Shown: positions 9,761-21,562 of the stretch, piece by piece | Numbering within the stretch: position 1 is the stretch's first letter | Layout of the letters: every line of letters begins with the position of its first letter | Assembly: GCA_965277715.1 (NCBI GenBank) | Contig: OZ255836.1 | Location: 384,001-448,000 of the forward strand | Direction of reading: 5' to 3' | DNA length: 64,000 bases | Source of the DNA: Gammaproteobacteria bacterium | GTDB taxonomy: Bacteria; Pseudomonadota; Gammaproteobacteria; JBCCGL01 | Notes under the pieces: generated by a model | Seen by the model: only the letters and a program-made list of their open reading frames with translations | Databases searched by the model: none | Told to the model about the DNA's origin: nothing | Translations under genes and position numbers: made by a program

Positions 9761-10726
9761 ATGCAACGTAGCCTAATCAGTACACTGTGTGCCGCGACAC
9801 TTGCGGTCAGTAGCTCAGCCGGTTTTGCCGCTGAGAAAATCAACATCGGCACCCCCAATTGGACGGGCGCCAAAGCTATCGCCAACCTGGTGAAAGTCAT
9901 TGTTGAAGAAAAAATTGGCGGTGAAGCCAACTTAGTACCCGGGTCCAATGCCACGATCTTTCAGGGTATGGACGCCGGTAAAGGTGATATCGATATGCAC
10001 CCCGATGTCTGGCTACCCAATCAACAAAACTTTACCAAAGAGTATGTCGATGAAAAAGGCACCGTAGTATTAAGCAGCAATCCCTATCAGGGTAAGCAGA
10101 ATTTCTGCGTATCCAAGCAGTTTTCTGAAGCCAACAATGTCACCTCCATATTTGACCTGGCACGCCCTGAAGTGGCCGCAAAAATGGACAGCGATGGCAA
10201 CGGTAAAGGTGAAATCTGGATCGGTGCGCCGGGTTGGGCGTCTGCCAACGTCAACGAAGTCAAAGTCCGTGACTACGGCTTGATGGCGTTTATGGAGCCA
10301 GTGCGTGCAGAGCAAAGCGTTATGGTCGCCACCGTTGGTGACTCCATCGCCAAAGACCGTGGCTATGCATTCTACTGCTACGCACCCCACGCCATTTGGT
10401 TTATGCACGATGTCGTTGCGCTGGAAGAACCCGCTTTTGACCCGGCCAAGTACACCATGATCCAGCCAAAGGAAGACCCGGATTGGTTTAACAAATCAAA
10501 CGTGGAAACCGAAGATGCGCTCAAGCAAATTCAGATTGCCTACTCAAAAACCCTGCCGGAGCGTTCGCCTGTGATCGCCGGTTTGCTGGCCAATATCAGC
10601 CTGACCACCGACGACGTCAGTGGCTGGGCATTTGAAATTGCAGGCAAAGGCCGCTCTGAAGCCGAGGTGCTGAAAGAGTGGGTCGCCAATAACGGTGCAC
10701 GAGTGGATAAATGGCTCGGCCTGTAA
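9761..10726 (+). CDS. Glycine-betaine/quaternary-amine ABC transporter substrate-binding protein (ProX/OpuAC family)
   Basis: Signal peptide, GDIDMHPDVWLP, DSDGNGKGE, GAPGW, YCYAPH; strong AGGAGG RBS. Confidence 0.88.
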   Translation: MQRSLISTLCAATLAVSSSAGFAAEKINIGTPNWTGAKAIANLVKVIVEEKIGGEANLVPGSNATIFQGMDAGKGDIDMHPDVWLPNQQNFTKEYVDEKGTVVLSSNPYQGKQNFCVSKQFSEANNVTSIFDLARPEVAAKMDSDGNGKGEIWIGAPGWASANVNEVKVRDYGLMAFMEPVRAEQSVMVATVGDSIAKDRGYAFYCYAPHAIWFMHDVVALEEPAFDPAKYTMIQPKEDPDWFNKSNVETEDALKQIQIAYSKTLPERSPVIAGLLANISLTTDDVSGWAFEIAGKGRSEAEVLKEWVANNGARVDKWLGL

Positions 10727-10767
10727 TTTAATTATCTCTCCAGTTGGTCCACGAAAAGGGCCACGGC

Positions 10768-10794
10768 ACCCCCGCTGTACAATACAGCGGGGGT
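10768..10794 (+). terminator. Intercistronic 12-bp stem-loop after the binding-protein gene (stabiliser or attenuator)
   Basis: ACCCCCGCTGTA-CAA-TACAGCGGGGGT. Confidence 0.55.
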
Positions 10795-10872
10795 ATTACC
10801 AGAAGAGAGCACCTCCTGAGTTAACAAACAAAACACCCCACGCTGAAACAGCGCTGTGCCTGAGGTTTTACT

Positions 10873-11958
10873 GTGAATAAGCAAAGTGACCAACCGGTTG
10901 CCGATAGTGCCTACGCGATAGAAATTGAGGGCGTGTGGAAAATATTTGGCGACCGTGCAAAACAGGCGCTCGATGATATAAAGACCAATCAGGTTTCCAA
11001 GAAAACGATACTGGAAAAATACAACTGCGTTATCGGTGTCGCCGACGCCAGCTTTCAGGTAAAGCGCGGCGAAATATTTTGTGTGATGGGTCTCTCGGGG
11101 AGTGGTAAGTCGACCCTGGTGCGCCATATCAATCGACTGCTCGAACCCACTGCCGGAACCATTCTTGTGAATGGCGTCGATGTTATGTCGATAGGGCAGG
11201 GGGATCTTCGCCGCTACCGCAATGAGCACATTGCCATGGTGTTTCAGAATTTTGCCCTGATGCCACACCGCAGTGTACTGGATAATGTTGCCATGCCGCT
11301 GGAAATTCGCGGGATGAACAAAAATAAACGCATGGAAATTGCCGAAAAAACCCTGGCGATGGTCGAGTTGAATGGGTGGGGTAATAAATTTGCACACGAA
11401 CTTTCAGGGGGGATGCAACAGCGCGTGGGTCTGGCCAGAGCCATCGCCGCTGACCCTGAAATTCTCTTGATGGACGAGCCGTTTAGCGCGCTCGACCCAT
11501 TGATTCGCCGCCAGCTACAGGGTGAGTTTATGCAGCTTGCCTCGATCATGAAAAAAACCACCGTATTTATCACCCACGACCTCGATGAAGCTGTGCGCAT
11601 CGGTGACAGGATTGCCATTATGCGCGATGGCCGCGTTGTACAGATCGGCACCCCGGAAGATATCGTCATGCACCCTGCCGATGATTACGTCGCCGATTTT
11701 GTCGCCGGTATTTCACGCCTTAAAGTCGTGCGCGCCCACGCCGTGATGCAAGCCATCGAAGACTATGAAAAACAACACGGCGCGGTGGATGGCAATGCCC
11801 CCGCCTTTAACAAAGACGCTAACCTGAGTATGTTAATCAACACCGCCATCGAATCGGAATCGGTACTTGTTATCACGGATGAAAACCAACAGCGGGTTGG
11901 CGTGGTGACCCGCACAGACCTGCTAAAAACCGTCATTGAAGGGACGGAAACATCATGA
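10873..11958 (+). CDS. Glycine-betaine ABC transporter ATP-binding protein (ProV-like)
   Basis: MGLSGSGKST, LSGGMQQRVGLARA, LLMDEPFSALDP, CBS-like tail. Confidence 0.93.
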   Translation: MNKQSDQPVADSAYAIEIEGVWKIFGDRAKQALDDIKTNQVSKKTILEKYNCVIGVADASFQVKRGEIFCVMGLSGSGKSTLVRHINRLLEPTAGTILVNGVDVMSIGQGDLRRYRNEHIAMVFQNFALMPHRSVLDNVAMPLEIRGMNKNKRMEIAEKTLAMVELNGWGNKFAHELSGGMQQRVGLARAIAADPEILLMDEPFSALDPLIRRQLQGEFMQLASIMKKTTVFITHDLDEAVRIGDRIAIMRDGRVVQIGTPEDIVMHPADDYVADFVAGISRLKVVRAHAVMQAIEDYEKQHGAVDGNAPAFNKDANLSMLINTAIESESVLVITDENQQRVGVVTRTDLLKTVIEGTETS

Positions 11959-13469
11959 ATACACCCACAACAGATGAAGCTGACACGCTGGAAACCAACC
12001 GCGATCTGGTCGATAAGTTTGTCGGCGTCAGCGCGCAATACTACGAACAGCAATTCGCCAAAATCGGTGCCACCTCGCACTTCACCTGGACATTTAATCT
12101 GATCGCTGCACTGCTTGGGCCTATATGGTACGGCGTTAGAGGTCTATGGAATTGGGGCTTACCTTTTGCCATCGTCGAGGCGTTTGCCTATGTGCAAATC
12201 GCCCGTGGTTTATGGGGTGATCTGGCCGCCGATGCCCGCTTGCGGATTGCGCAAATCGAAGGGACGCTGGAACTTCGCTACAAACAATTACAGGCCGCCA
12301 TTGATAACAACGCAAATAATATCGATGTGTTCAAACGCGCCGTGGAATCACTGGAAAATACCATGGATGGTTTTCGCGCTGAAATACAAACGGCTGAAGC
12401 CTCGTGGATCTGGGTTACCTTATCGGGCGTCGCCCTATTAATTTTTATCAAGGGCGTTCAAGGCGTGCTGGCCAACGTTACCCTGGAGCGGCGTTTCTCT
12501 GACTGGCTGTCAGACCGCTCTGTCAACTCGGGTTTGAGCTCCTCACGCACCGCATTGAGCATCGGGTTTATACTTTTTGTGTACACCATTAGCGTGATTC
12601 ACTTTGGCTTTCCCGGCACCCTGGATGTGGTGGCTGTATTTCCAACCGACCCGGATTATCGCTTAACCGCGATTGCCTGGATCAAGGCATTTTTTGAGTG
12701 GTCACGCATAAAAGGCGAGTGGGTATTCAACCTCATCACGTTTAACATTCGTTTTGTCCTGGATCATTTAGAGCTGGTGTTTGTTAAAACCCCCTGGCTG
12801 GTTATGGCCAGCTTTATTATCCTGTTGACTGGTTTATCGGCGGGCAGGCGCGCCGCCATTTTCTGTGCGGCCTGCCTTGCGTACATCGGGCTATTGGGGT
12901 TTTGGGAGAAGTCCATGACAACTCTGGCACTGCTGGGCACGGCGGCATTTATCAGTATTATTCTGGGTATTCCACTGGGCATGTTTTGTGCCCGCCGCCC
13001 GCGTTTTTATGCAGTCATCAGGCCCATTATGGACTTTATGCAAACCATGCCGGCGTTTGTGTTTATGATTCCCGTTATCGCCTTTTTTGGCACAGGTAAA
13101 CCGGCGGCGGTGATTATCACTATGATCTTTGGTGGCACCCCCGTGGTGCGCCTGACGGTACTGGGCTTGCTCGGTGTGCCGGAGACAGTGCGCGAGGCCG
13201 CCATTTCCTACGGGGCATCGAAGTGGTATTTGCTGTTTAAAGTCGACCTGCCACTGGCGGCGCCATCGATCCTGGCCGGTATTAACCAAACGATTATGTT
13301 GAGCCTGGCAATGGTGGTCGTGGCATCGCTGATCGGTGCCAAAGGTCTGGGTGAAGATGTACTGGAAGCCTTGCAATACGCCTCGGTAGGGCAGGGCATT
13401 CTCGCGGGGTTTGCGATATTGTTTTGCGCGTTGATACTAAACCGGGTGGTGCAGGGGGAGAGTAAGTAG
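11955..13469 (+). CDS. Glycine-betaine ABC transporter permease (ProW-like) with long N-terminal extension
   Basis: DFMQTMPAFVF, EAAISYGA, GINQTIMLSLAMVVVASLIGAKGLG. Confidence 0.9.
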   Translation: MNTPTTDEADTLETNRDLVDKFVGVSAQYYEQQFAKIGATSHFTWTFNLIAALLGPIWYGVRGLWNWGLPFAIVEAFAYVQIARGLWGDLAADARLRIAQIEGTLELRYKQLQAAIDNNANNIDVFKRAVESLENTMDGFRAEIQTAEASWIWVTLSGVALLIFIKGVQGVLANVTLERRFSDWLSDRSVNSGLSSSRTALSIGFILFVYTISVIHFGFPGTLDVVAVFPTDPDYRLTAIAWIKAFFEWSRIKGEWVFNLITFNIRFVLDHLELVFVKTPWLVMASFIILLTGLSAGRRAAIFCAACLAYIGLLGFWEKSMTTLALLGTAAFISIILGIPLGMFCARRPRFYAVIRPIMDFMQTMPAFVFMIPVIAFFGTGKPAAVIITMIFGGTPVVRLTVLGLLGVPETVREAAISYGASKWYLLFKVDLPLAAPSILAGINQTIMLSLAMVVVASLIGAKGLGEDVLEALQYASVGQGILAGFAILFCALILNRVVQGESK

Positions 13470-13500
13470 CGTATTGGTTTATCTGGGGGCATAGCAGGCC

Positions 13501-14367
13501 GTGAGTACAATACTCCCTATCCCCACTGTGGTGGATAAGAACCGGTTTGATGAGGATGGTTTCTTAATTGTCGATAAACTGATCGACCCAGCTACACTGC
13601 CCATGCTTAAGGCGGCTTTTACCGATGTGTTTCAAGGGCATTTTGAAACCGGAGTAGTACCGGATGAAGTTAACTGGCAGGCGGGCAACAGTGATCCCAG
13701 TCTAACCCGGCAAATCTGTAATGGCTGGAAGGCAAACCGGGCAATCGCCCGTATTGTATTGGATAAAACACTGGGTGAAGCCATTGCCACATTGGCCGGG
13801 TGGCCCGGCGTCAGGGTTATGATCGATAATGTTATCTGGAAGCCCGCTGGTACACGTGCACTGGGGTATCACCAGGACAGTGCTTTTTTGGCCTGGTACA
13901 CACCTTCAGATCTTCTGACGTGCTGGATAGCCCTGGATGATACCCATGCAGACGGCGGCACCATTGAGTTTGTGCGTGGTTCGCACCGCTGGCCTTTATC
14001 TGAACCTGATGGGGTATTTCACGGGCCGGATGAGTACCGTTGGCCGATGTATAACGCTGCGGCAAAGCAGGGTATTACCCCGGATATTGCCTACGTTGAA
14101 GTAGCGGCGGGTGGTGGCTCTTTTCATCATGGCTGGACGTGGCATGGTTCTGGCCCTAATACCAGTACACAACCCCGGCGTTCGCTGGTATTGCATGCTA
14201 TGCGCAGTGATGTGGAGTATGTGCCAGGGAATTTTAATCAGGGTATTGGCCCCATTTATAGCCGTTATAAGCGATTGGCTGACAATGTGTTGGATGAGAA
14301 TTATTTTCCTGTGTTGTGGCGTGATGATGGGTACCGCACTGCGCAGATTGATGATTATCTGATGTAG
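13501..14367 (+). CDS. Phytanoyl-CoA dioxygenase (PhyH) family Fe(II)/2OG oxygenase
   Basis: FDEDGFL, YHQD, WIALDD, GSH, HGSGPN...RRS. Confidence 0.9.
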   Translation: MSTILPIPTVVDKNRFDEDGFLIVDKLIDPATLPMLKAAFTDVFQGHFETGVVPDEVNWQAGNSDPSLTRQICNGWKANRAIARIVLDKTLGEAIATLAGWPGVRVMIDNVIWKPAGTRALGYHQDSAFLAWYTPSDLLTCWIALDDTHADGGTIEFVRGSHRWPLSEPDGVFHGPDEYRWPMYNAAAKQGITPDIAYVEVAAGGGSFHHGWTWHGSGPNTSTQPRRSLVLHAMRSDVEYVPGNFNQGIGPIYSRYKRLADNVLDENYFPVLWRDDGYRTAQIDDYLM

Positions 14368-14418
14368 CCTTTGTCCTTCCGACTGAATAGCCCGATGCGC
14401 TTTCCAGGTTCAAGCACT

Positions 14419-15375
14419 ATGACAATAAAGCCCTATACCTCTGAAGAGGTCGCTTACACCCCTCCGCTACCGATTCAACTGGCGCCTTTTTTACGCTGGC
14501 CGATCAGGCCCGGTGCTTTTTTGCGCTATCTGTTTGATGCCTGGACGCCCTTGGGCGAGCGCACGTTTATCCTGTTTTCAGCCGTGCTGACCTGGTATTT
14601 CACCTCACCGGCATTGGCGCGCACCCATACATTCGCGCTCGACTGGATTGCTCAAATCTGGGTGCGCAATATTGTCCTGGTCGCGGTTATTGTCGGGGGG
14701 CTGCACCTGTATTTCTACACCTTCAGAAAACAGGGGAATCACCTCAAATACGAACTGCGTGATCTGGCGCGCAACAGCCGTATTTTTCATTTTAACAACC
14801 AAGTGCTGGACAATATGTTCTGGACACTGGCGACAGCGCCGTTGCTTGCAACTTTTTACGAGGCGCTGTTGCTTTGGGCCTACGCAAACGGCATCGCGGC
14901 ACATATCGCATTCAGCGATAGCCCGGTATGGTTTATCGCGCTGCTGCTGCTCGTGCCCCATTGGCAGGGAATATATTTTTACTGGACTCACCGCACGCTG
15001 CACTGGCCACCCCTGTATAAATATATCCACTCGTGGCACCACAAGAACGTTAACACCGGCCCGTGGTCTGGCCTGGCGATGCACCCGGTCGAGCAGTTTG
15101 TGCTGATGGGTGATGCGTTGTTGTTTATGCTATTGGCCTCGCACCCGGTGCATGTGATTTACCAGGTTCAATCCCATCTGATTGGTGCGCCGACATCACA
15201 CACAGGTTTTGCTGGGTTGGCGATCACCGAAAAGCGCTCCTTTCGTTTGGGGGATTACTTTCACCACCTGCACCACCGCCATATTGATTGCAACTATGGC
15301 ACCACCGAAACGCCCTGGGATAAGTGGTTTGGTACTTTCCATGATGGGACAGTGGCACCGGCTACAAAGCAATGA
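14419..15375 (+). CDS. Sterol desaturase / fatty acid hydroxylase superfamily protein
   Basis: His boxes YWTHRTLH, HSWHH, HHLHH; NYG..WDKWFGT. Confidence 0.9.
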   Translation: MTIKPYTSEEVAYTPPLPIQLAPFLRWPIRPGAFLRYLFDAWTPLGERTFILFSAVLTWYFTSPALARTHTFALDWIAQIWVRNIVLVAVIVGGLHLYFYTFRKQGNHLKYELRDLARNSRIFHFNNQVLDNMFWTLATAPLLATFYEALLLWAYANGIAAHIAFSDSPVWFIALLLLVPHWQGIYFYWTHRTLHWPPLYKYIHSWHHKNVNTGPWSGLAMHPVEQFVLMGDALLFMLLASHPVHVIYQVQSHLIGAPTSHTGFAGLAITEKRSFRLGDYFHHLHHRHIDCNYGTTETPWDKWFGTFHDGTVAPATKQ

Positions 15376-15422
15376 ATCGATGCTGAAATGGTTTAAAAGT
15401 GATTCAATTGGAAGGTACAAAA

Positions 15423-15887
15423 ATGTTTGGCATCGTTATTCTGGTTTTAGTGACTGTTTTGTACGCAGGGTACAATTTGTTCCTGAAAGTGTCGGGAGGG
15501 TATGTACCCGTTTCGGCTACAACAACAGTGCTGGCCACTATTGCACTGCAACTGGGTGCGCTTTTCACTTCGGTTATTTTTCTTAGCATTCTGGTTTTTC
15601 GTGGGGGGCATGTATTTTCTTTGTCGACGCCGTCTTATCTGTGGGCGGTTGTGGCGGGGCTTTGTATTGGTGGTGCAGAAATAGGTTATTTGTATTTGTT
15701 TGGGGGTATTGGGCTTGCCGAGCCGATGCCAGCGAGTGTGGTTATTCCGGTTGTTGTCAGTGGGACGGTTGTTATTTCGTTGGTGTTTTCTTATTGGGTG
15801 TTTAAGGAGGTGATTGGGTGGCATCAGGTGTTGGGGGCGGGGTTGGTTGTATTGGGGATATTTTTTCTGTTTATTCGTAGTAGGTAA
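15423..15887 (+). CDS. Single-repeat EamA/DMT-family membrane protein
   Basis: About five hydrophobic segments ending FKEVIGWHQVLGAGLVVLG. Confidence 0.75.
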   Translation: MFGIVILVLVTVLYAGYNLFLKVSGGYVPVSATTTVLATIALQLGALFTSVIFLSILVFRGGHVFSLSTPSYLWAVVAGLCIGGAEIGYLYLFGGIGLAEPMPASVVIPVVVSGTVVISLVFSYWVFKEVIGWHQVLGAGLVVLGIFFLFIRSR

Positions 15888-16219
15888 TGTGGGGTTTTGT
15901 TTGCACTTTGTAGAGCGAGGCTACTGCTTCTCGATAACTGCTCCTGTTATTAAAAAAATTAATGCATTGACGAACCCCGGTGTTTATTTCGTGCACGTTC
16001 CTGGGGAAACTAAGACTGTGACACGTACAGTCGCAGTTCCTAAGGCAAAGAATCGAGCCTGCCCGTTGCGAGGGTGGTGGGTTGGAAATATCAACAAATC
16101 TGGGGGGATGGTAAAAATGCTAATTGACTGAATGACATAAATGTAGTGCCATAACGGCACAAAAAAATTTAACTCATTAGGTTTAATTTGAATTTTTAAG
16201 AATCAGTGTCAAAGATGGA

Positions 16220-16876
16220 TTAAGTGGCAAAAAGACTATCCAATATTGCAACGAAATCGGTTCTGCTGATAACAATAGCCCCCATATGCTGCAAATGTGC
16301 AGAGGGCAACTGGCAGTCGATCAACTGGTAGTTTTCCCGTTGTGCTAGATGTACCAGGGCAATTTTCGATGCATCGGGCACTGCACTGAACATCGATTCA
16401 CCAAAAAAAACGTTACCTATACAGACACCGTATAACCCCCCAACCAACTGCCCCCCATACCAGCACTCAATTGAACGCGCATGACCCTGCGCGTGAAGCT
16501 GGCAATAGGCATCTTGCATCTGTGCTGTAATCCAGGTGCCGGTACTCTCTGCACGCGGCTTTGCACAGGCGCCCATGACCGCTTCAAAGGCGGTATCCAC
16601 ACGCACCTCAATGGCGGTATGGCGCAGGGTTTTTTGTAAACTGCGGGAGAGGTGTATATCGTTGGGCCACAGAATGCAGCGCGGCTCCGGGCTCCACCAT
16701 AAAATCGGCTCGCCTTCGCTGTACCACGGAAAGATGCCGTGCTGATAAGCGTATAACAAACGGGCAACCGATAAATCGCCACCCGCCGCGAGTAAACCAT
16801 TGGGTGATAACAGCGCATCTCCAACCTCGGGAAATGCCTCGATGGGATCATCGGCAAACAACAATGGAACGGGCAT
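16220..16876 (-). CDS. aat: Leucyl/phenylalanyl-tRNA--protein transferase
   Basis: GLLAAGGDL, GIFPW, WWSPEPR, LVGGLYG, FFGESMFS, ASKIAL, IDCQ. Confidence 0.96.
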   Translation of the reverse strand: MPVPLLFADDPIEAFPEVGDALLSPNGLLAAGGDLSVARLLYAYQHGIFPWYSEGEPILWWSPEPRCILWPNDIHLSRSLQKTLRHTAIEVRVDTAFEAVMGACAKPRAESTGTWITAQMQDAYCQLHAQGHARSIECWYGGQLVGGLYGVCIGNVFFGESMFSAVPDASKIALVHLAQRENYQLIDCQLPSAHLQHMGAIVISRTDFVAILDSLFAT

Positions 16877-16885
16877 TAGCGATTG

Positions 16886-18031
16886 CTACCCAATATGTTC
16901 GCGATGGAAAGGAACGTACTGCATCAGGTGTTGACACTGTGCTTCCATCATCTCGGTTTCCTGTACCAGGTAGCGGCTAATCGCATCGCGAAACTGCGGG
17001 TCTGCTATCCAGTGTGCCGACCAGGTTTTTGTGGGAATAAATCCACGCCAGATTTTGTGCTCGCCTTGCGCCCCTGGCTCAAAGTGTTGAAGCCCGTTGT
17101 TGATGCAATAGTCGATGCCTTGGTAAAAGCAGGTCTCGAAGTGCAGGCTGTTGTAATCCTGATCGCACCCCCAGTAGCGGCCATACAGTGTGTCAGCACT
17201 GCGAAACATAATGGCACAGGCAATGGGGTGCTTATCGATGTGGGCGAATACCACCAGCATCGATTCGCCCATTGTGCGGGCTATTTCCTGAAAGAAGGTA
17301 CAGGTAAGCGAGGCCTCCCCCGATTTTTTATCAAATGTGGATGCGTAATAGTGGTGGGCGCGCACAATCTCTGCATCGCTCAACTGGTTTCCGTGTTGAA
17401 TGCTCAGCTCAATGCCCTGCTCGTGTGGGTGGCGTCGCTCGCGTTTGATTTGTTTGCGCTTCTTGGCGCGCAGCTGTTGAAGAAAATCGTCGAAGTGTGT
17501 GTAGTTATCGTTGTGCCAATGGTATTGGCACCCCAGACGTCGCAGCAGGCCATCTGATTCGAGCAGATCAGTTTCATGTGGCAGTGTAAATAACCAATGC
17601 AAACTGGAGAGGCCCTGGTCTTTGCAATACTCCTGTACTGTGTGGTGTAGGGCGCGGGCAGTCTCCAGATAATCCACCTCGCTGGAGATTAATAGGCGCG
17701 TGCCTGTCACCGGTGTATAGGGCGAGCTAACCACCATTTTGGGGTAATAGCGCAAACCGTGTTTGTGGTAGGCATCCGCCCAGGCCCAGTCGAACACAAA
17801 TTCACCGTAGGAATTGGTTTTTATATAGGCGGGGACAGCGGCGATGAGCTGCTGCTTATCGTCGTACAACACAAAGTAGCGCGGATACCACCCGTGGCGC
17901 TGGCCGAGGCAATCGTTGTTTTCCAGCGCAACGAGAAATTCGTAGCGCAAAAAAGGATTTCCCGCAGGGTTGAGTTTATTCCAGGCAACACAATCGATGC
18001 GTTGCAAGCTGTCGTGTACTTCTATTTCCAC
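16886..18031 (-). CDS. FemAB-like GNAT protein (DUF482 family)
   Basis: YIKTNSYGEFVFDWAWA, YYPK, LYGRYWG, LHFETCFYQGI, FEPGAQGEHK. Confidence 0.9.
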   Translation of the reverse strand: MEIEVHDSLQRIDCVAWNKLNPAGNPFLRYEFLVALENNDCLGQRHGWYPRYFVLYDDKQQLIAAVPAYIKTNSYGEFVFDWAWADAYHKHGLRYYPKMVVSSPYTPVTGTRLLISSEVDYLETARALHHTVQEYCKDQGLSSLHWLFTLPHETDLLESDGLLRRLGCQYHWHNDNYTHFDDFLQQLRAKKRKQIKRERRHPHEQGIELSIQHGNQLSDAEIVRAHHYYASTFDKKSGEASLTCTFFQEIARTMGESMLVVFAHIDKHPIACAIMFRSADTLYGRYWGCDQDYNSLHFETCFYQGIDYCINNGLQHFEPGAQGEHKIWRGFIPTKTWSAHWIADPQFRDAISRYLVQETEMMEAQCQHLMQYVPFHREHIG

Positions 18032-18079
18032 TCGCGGTTTGTATCAGTAATAGGGCAGTTGACGGTCAATACATTATGT

Positions 18080-19165
<1,086 letters not shown>

Positions 19166-19199
19166 TTAGCTTTCCAGACCCACTCAGGCGGATAATCAT

Positions 19200-21521
19200 T
19201 TGGCACAGGCGAGTAAACCCAAGCCCGACATTTTGCAACCGGCGGTGACGCATATTGTGCGTGGTCTGCGTGAGGGGGCATCCATGCTATTGGCGGCACT
19301 GGCGGCCTATTTACTGATCTCCTTATTGAGCTTTGATGCGGGTGATCCCGGTTGGTCCAGCACCGGGCAGCACAGCAATACGGTCAACACGGGTGGCAAG
19401 CTGGGTGCATGGTTTGCCGATGTGGCTTTTTACCTGTTTGGCTATGTTGCGTATTTGGTTCCCGTATTGCTTGTCTACAGCGCCTGGGTGATGTTTCGCG
19501 AGCGAAACGCCCTGCAAACCCCGCTGTATTTTTTGTTGATCCGCTGGTCGAGTTTTATCGTGGTATTGGTTTCTGCCTGCGGTCTTATGGGGTTACATTT
19601 CGCGGTTGCTGAAGGCACGCTGCCAAACGGGTTACGAGCGGGCGGTGTCATCGGCACACTATTGGGTGACCGCCTGATGGTCGCAGTGGATACCCTGGGT
19701 ACCACCTTGTTGTTATTGTCCCTGCTGCTCGCCTCGATCACCTTGTTTACCGGTATTTCCTGGTTAACGGTGATGGATAAAACCGGCGAGTGGGTCTTAT
19801 GGATTGTCGATTGCTGTGTTGCGCGTGTTTACGCTATTGGCACAGCGTGGTCGCAGCGGCGTGACGCCAGTGCCTCGCGTAAAAAGCGCGAACTGGCTGT
19901 CAGGAAAGATCAGCTCGCCCGTGCCAAGCGCCCCCATGCACCGCGTATAGAACCGGTGCTTAAGCCCATCGAAATCAGTGCCCGCGCTGAAAAAGAACGC
20001 CAGATTCAACTGTTTGAATCGCTCCCCAATACAGATTTGCCGCCCATCTCTCTGCTCGATGAATTAAAACCCCAGCCGGGTGGATATACCAATGAATCCC
20101 TGGAGGCCATGTCGCGCCTGCTGGAATTAAAACTCAATGACTTTAGCGTGAGTGCTGAAGTAGTCGCGGTACACCCAGGGCCGGTTATTACCCGGTTTGA
20201 ACTGCAATTGGCACCCGGTGTTAAAGTCAGCCGCATTACGGGCCTGGCCAAGGATATTGCGCGCTCGATGTCGTTAATCAGCGTGCGCGTGGTCGAGGTC
20301 ATTGCCGGTAAATCGACAATAGGGTTGGAAATTCCCAATGAGCAACGGGAAATTGTGCAGTTGAGTGAAATCCTCCAATCCACCGCGTATGACAAATCTA
20401 CCTCACCTCTGACACTGGGTATGGGCAAGGATATCGGTGGCAAGCCGGTGGTTGCCGATCTGGCTAAAATGCCGCACTTATTAGTGGCTGGCACCACCGG
20501 TTCCGGTAAATCAGTTGCGGTTAACGCGATGCTGCTGGGCTTGCTCTACAAGGCGACACCGCAACAAGTGCGCATTATTTTAATCGACCCAAAAATGTTG
20601 GAATTAAATGTGTACGAAGGTATTCCGCATCTGCTCGCACCCGTGGTCACCGATATGAAAGAGGCGGCCAATGCCCTGCGCTGGTGTGTGGGGGAAATGG
20701 AGCGGCGTTATCGACTAATGGCCGCGCTTGGTGTGCGCAATATCACCGGCTATAACCGCAAGGTAAAGGATGCAATCAAAGCGGGCCAGCCGATAGTTGA
20801 CCCACTCTACAAACGCGAGGAGGCATTTGACCCTGAAGCTGAGCCGCCGATGCTCGAACACCTGCCCTATATCGTGGTGGTGGTGGACGAATTTGCCGAC
20901 ATGATGATGGTCGTGGGCAAAAAGGTCGAGGAGCTGATTACACGTATCGCCCAAAAAGCGCGTGCGGCGGGTATGCACTTGTTGCTGGCGACACAGCGCC
21001 CCTCGGTCGATGTGATCACCGGGTTAATCAAAGCCAATATTCCCACACGGGTAGCCTTTCAGGTTTCTTCCAGAATCGACTCGCGCACGATTCTTGATCA
21101 AATGGGGGCAGAGCAACTGCTGGGGCATGGTGACATGCTGTTTTTGCCGCCAGGCACCGCGCAACCCGAACGGGTGCATGGCGCATTTGTCGACGACCAC
21201 GAGGTGCACAATGTCGTGGATTTTTTAAAGCAGAGCGGCAGTGCCAATTACATTGAGGAAATTACCCGCGATTCGGTTGCTATTCCCGGCATGCCGTCTG
21301 AAGATGGTCAGGATCAGGAAATAGATGCACTCTACGACCAGGCGGTCGCTGTTGTGACCGAAACCCGCAAAGCCTCGATCTCTTATGTGCAGCGACGTTT
21401 AAAAATTGGCTATAACCGCGCAGCCAGAATGATTGAGGAAATGGAGTCCAGTGGGGTGGTTAGCCCAGTGCAGCCAAATGGCAACCGGGAAGTGCTGGCG
21501 CCGCCGCCGGTAGATGCTTGA
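19200..21521 (+). CDS. ftsK: DNA translocase FtsK
   Basis: Membrane N-domain, [27 protein letters not shown], gamma domain IGYNRAAR. Confidence 0.97.
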   Translation: MAQASKPKPDILQPAVTHIVRGLREGASMLLAALAAYLLISLLSFDAGDPGWSSTGQHSNTVNTGGKLGAWFADVAFYLFGYVAYLVPVLLVYSAWVMFRERNALQTPLYFLLIRWSSFIVVLVSACGLMGLHFAVAEGTLPNGLRAGGVIGTLLGDRLMVAVDTLGTTLLLLSLLLASITLFTGISWLTVMDKTGEWVLWIVDCCVARVYAIGTAWSQRRDASASRKKRELAVRKDQLARAKRPHAPRIEPVLKPIEISARAEKERQIQLFESLPNTDLPPISLLDELKPQPGGYTNESLEAMSRLLELKLNDFSVSAEVVAVHPGPVITRFELQLAPGVKVSRITGLAKDIARSMSLISVRVVEVIAGKSTIGLEIPNEQREIVQLSEILQSTAYDKSTSPLTLGMGKDIGGKPVVADLAKMPHLLVAGTTGSGKSVAVNAMLLGLLYKATPQQVRIILIDPKMLELNVYEGIPHLLAPVVTDMKEAANALRWCVGEMERRYRLMAALGVRNITGYNRKVKDAIKAGQPIVDPLYKREEAFDPEAEPPMLEHLPYIVVVVDEFADMMMVVGKKVEELITRIAQKARAAGMHLLLATQRPSVDVITGLIKANIPTRVAFQVSSRIDSRTILDQMGAEQLLGHGDMLFLPPGTAQPERVHGAFVDDHEVHNVVDFLKQSGSANYIEEITRDSVAIPGMPSEDGQDQEIDALYDQAVAVVTETRKASISYVQRRLKIGYNRAARMIEEMESSGVVSPVQPNGNREVLAPPPVDA

Positions 21522-21562
21522 GCGATAAAACCTTTGCAATTACTTAATCGGATGAAAAACCA

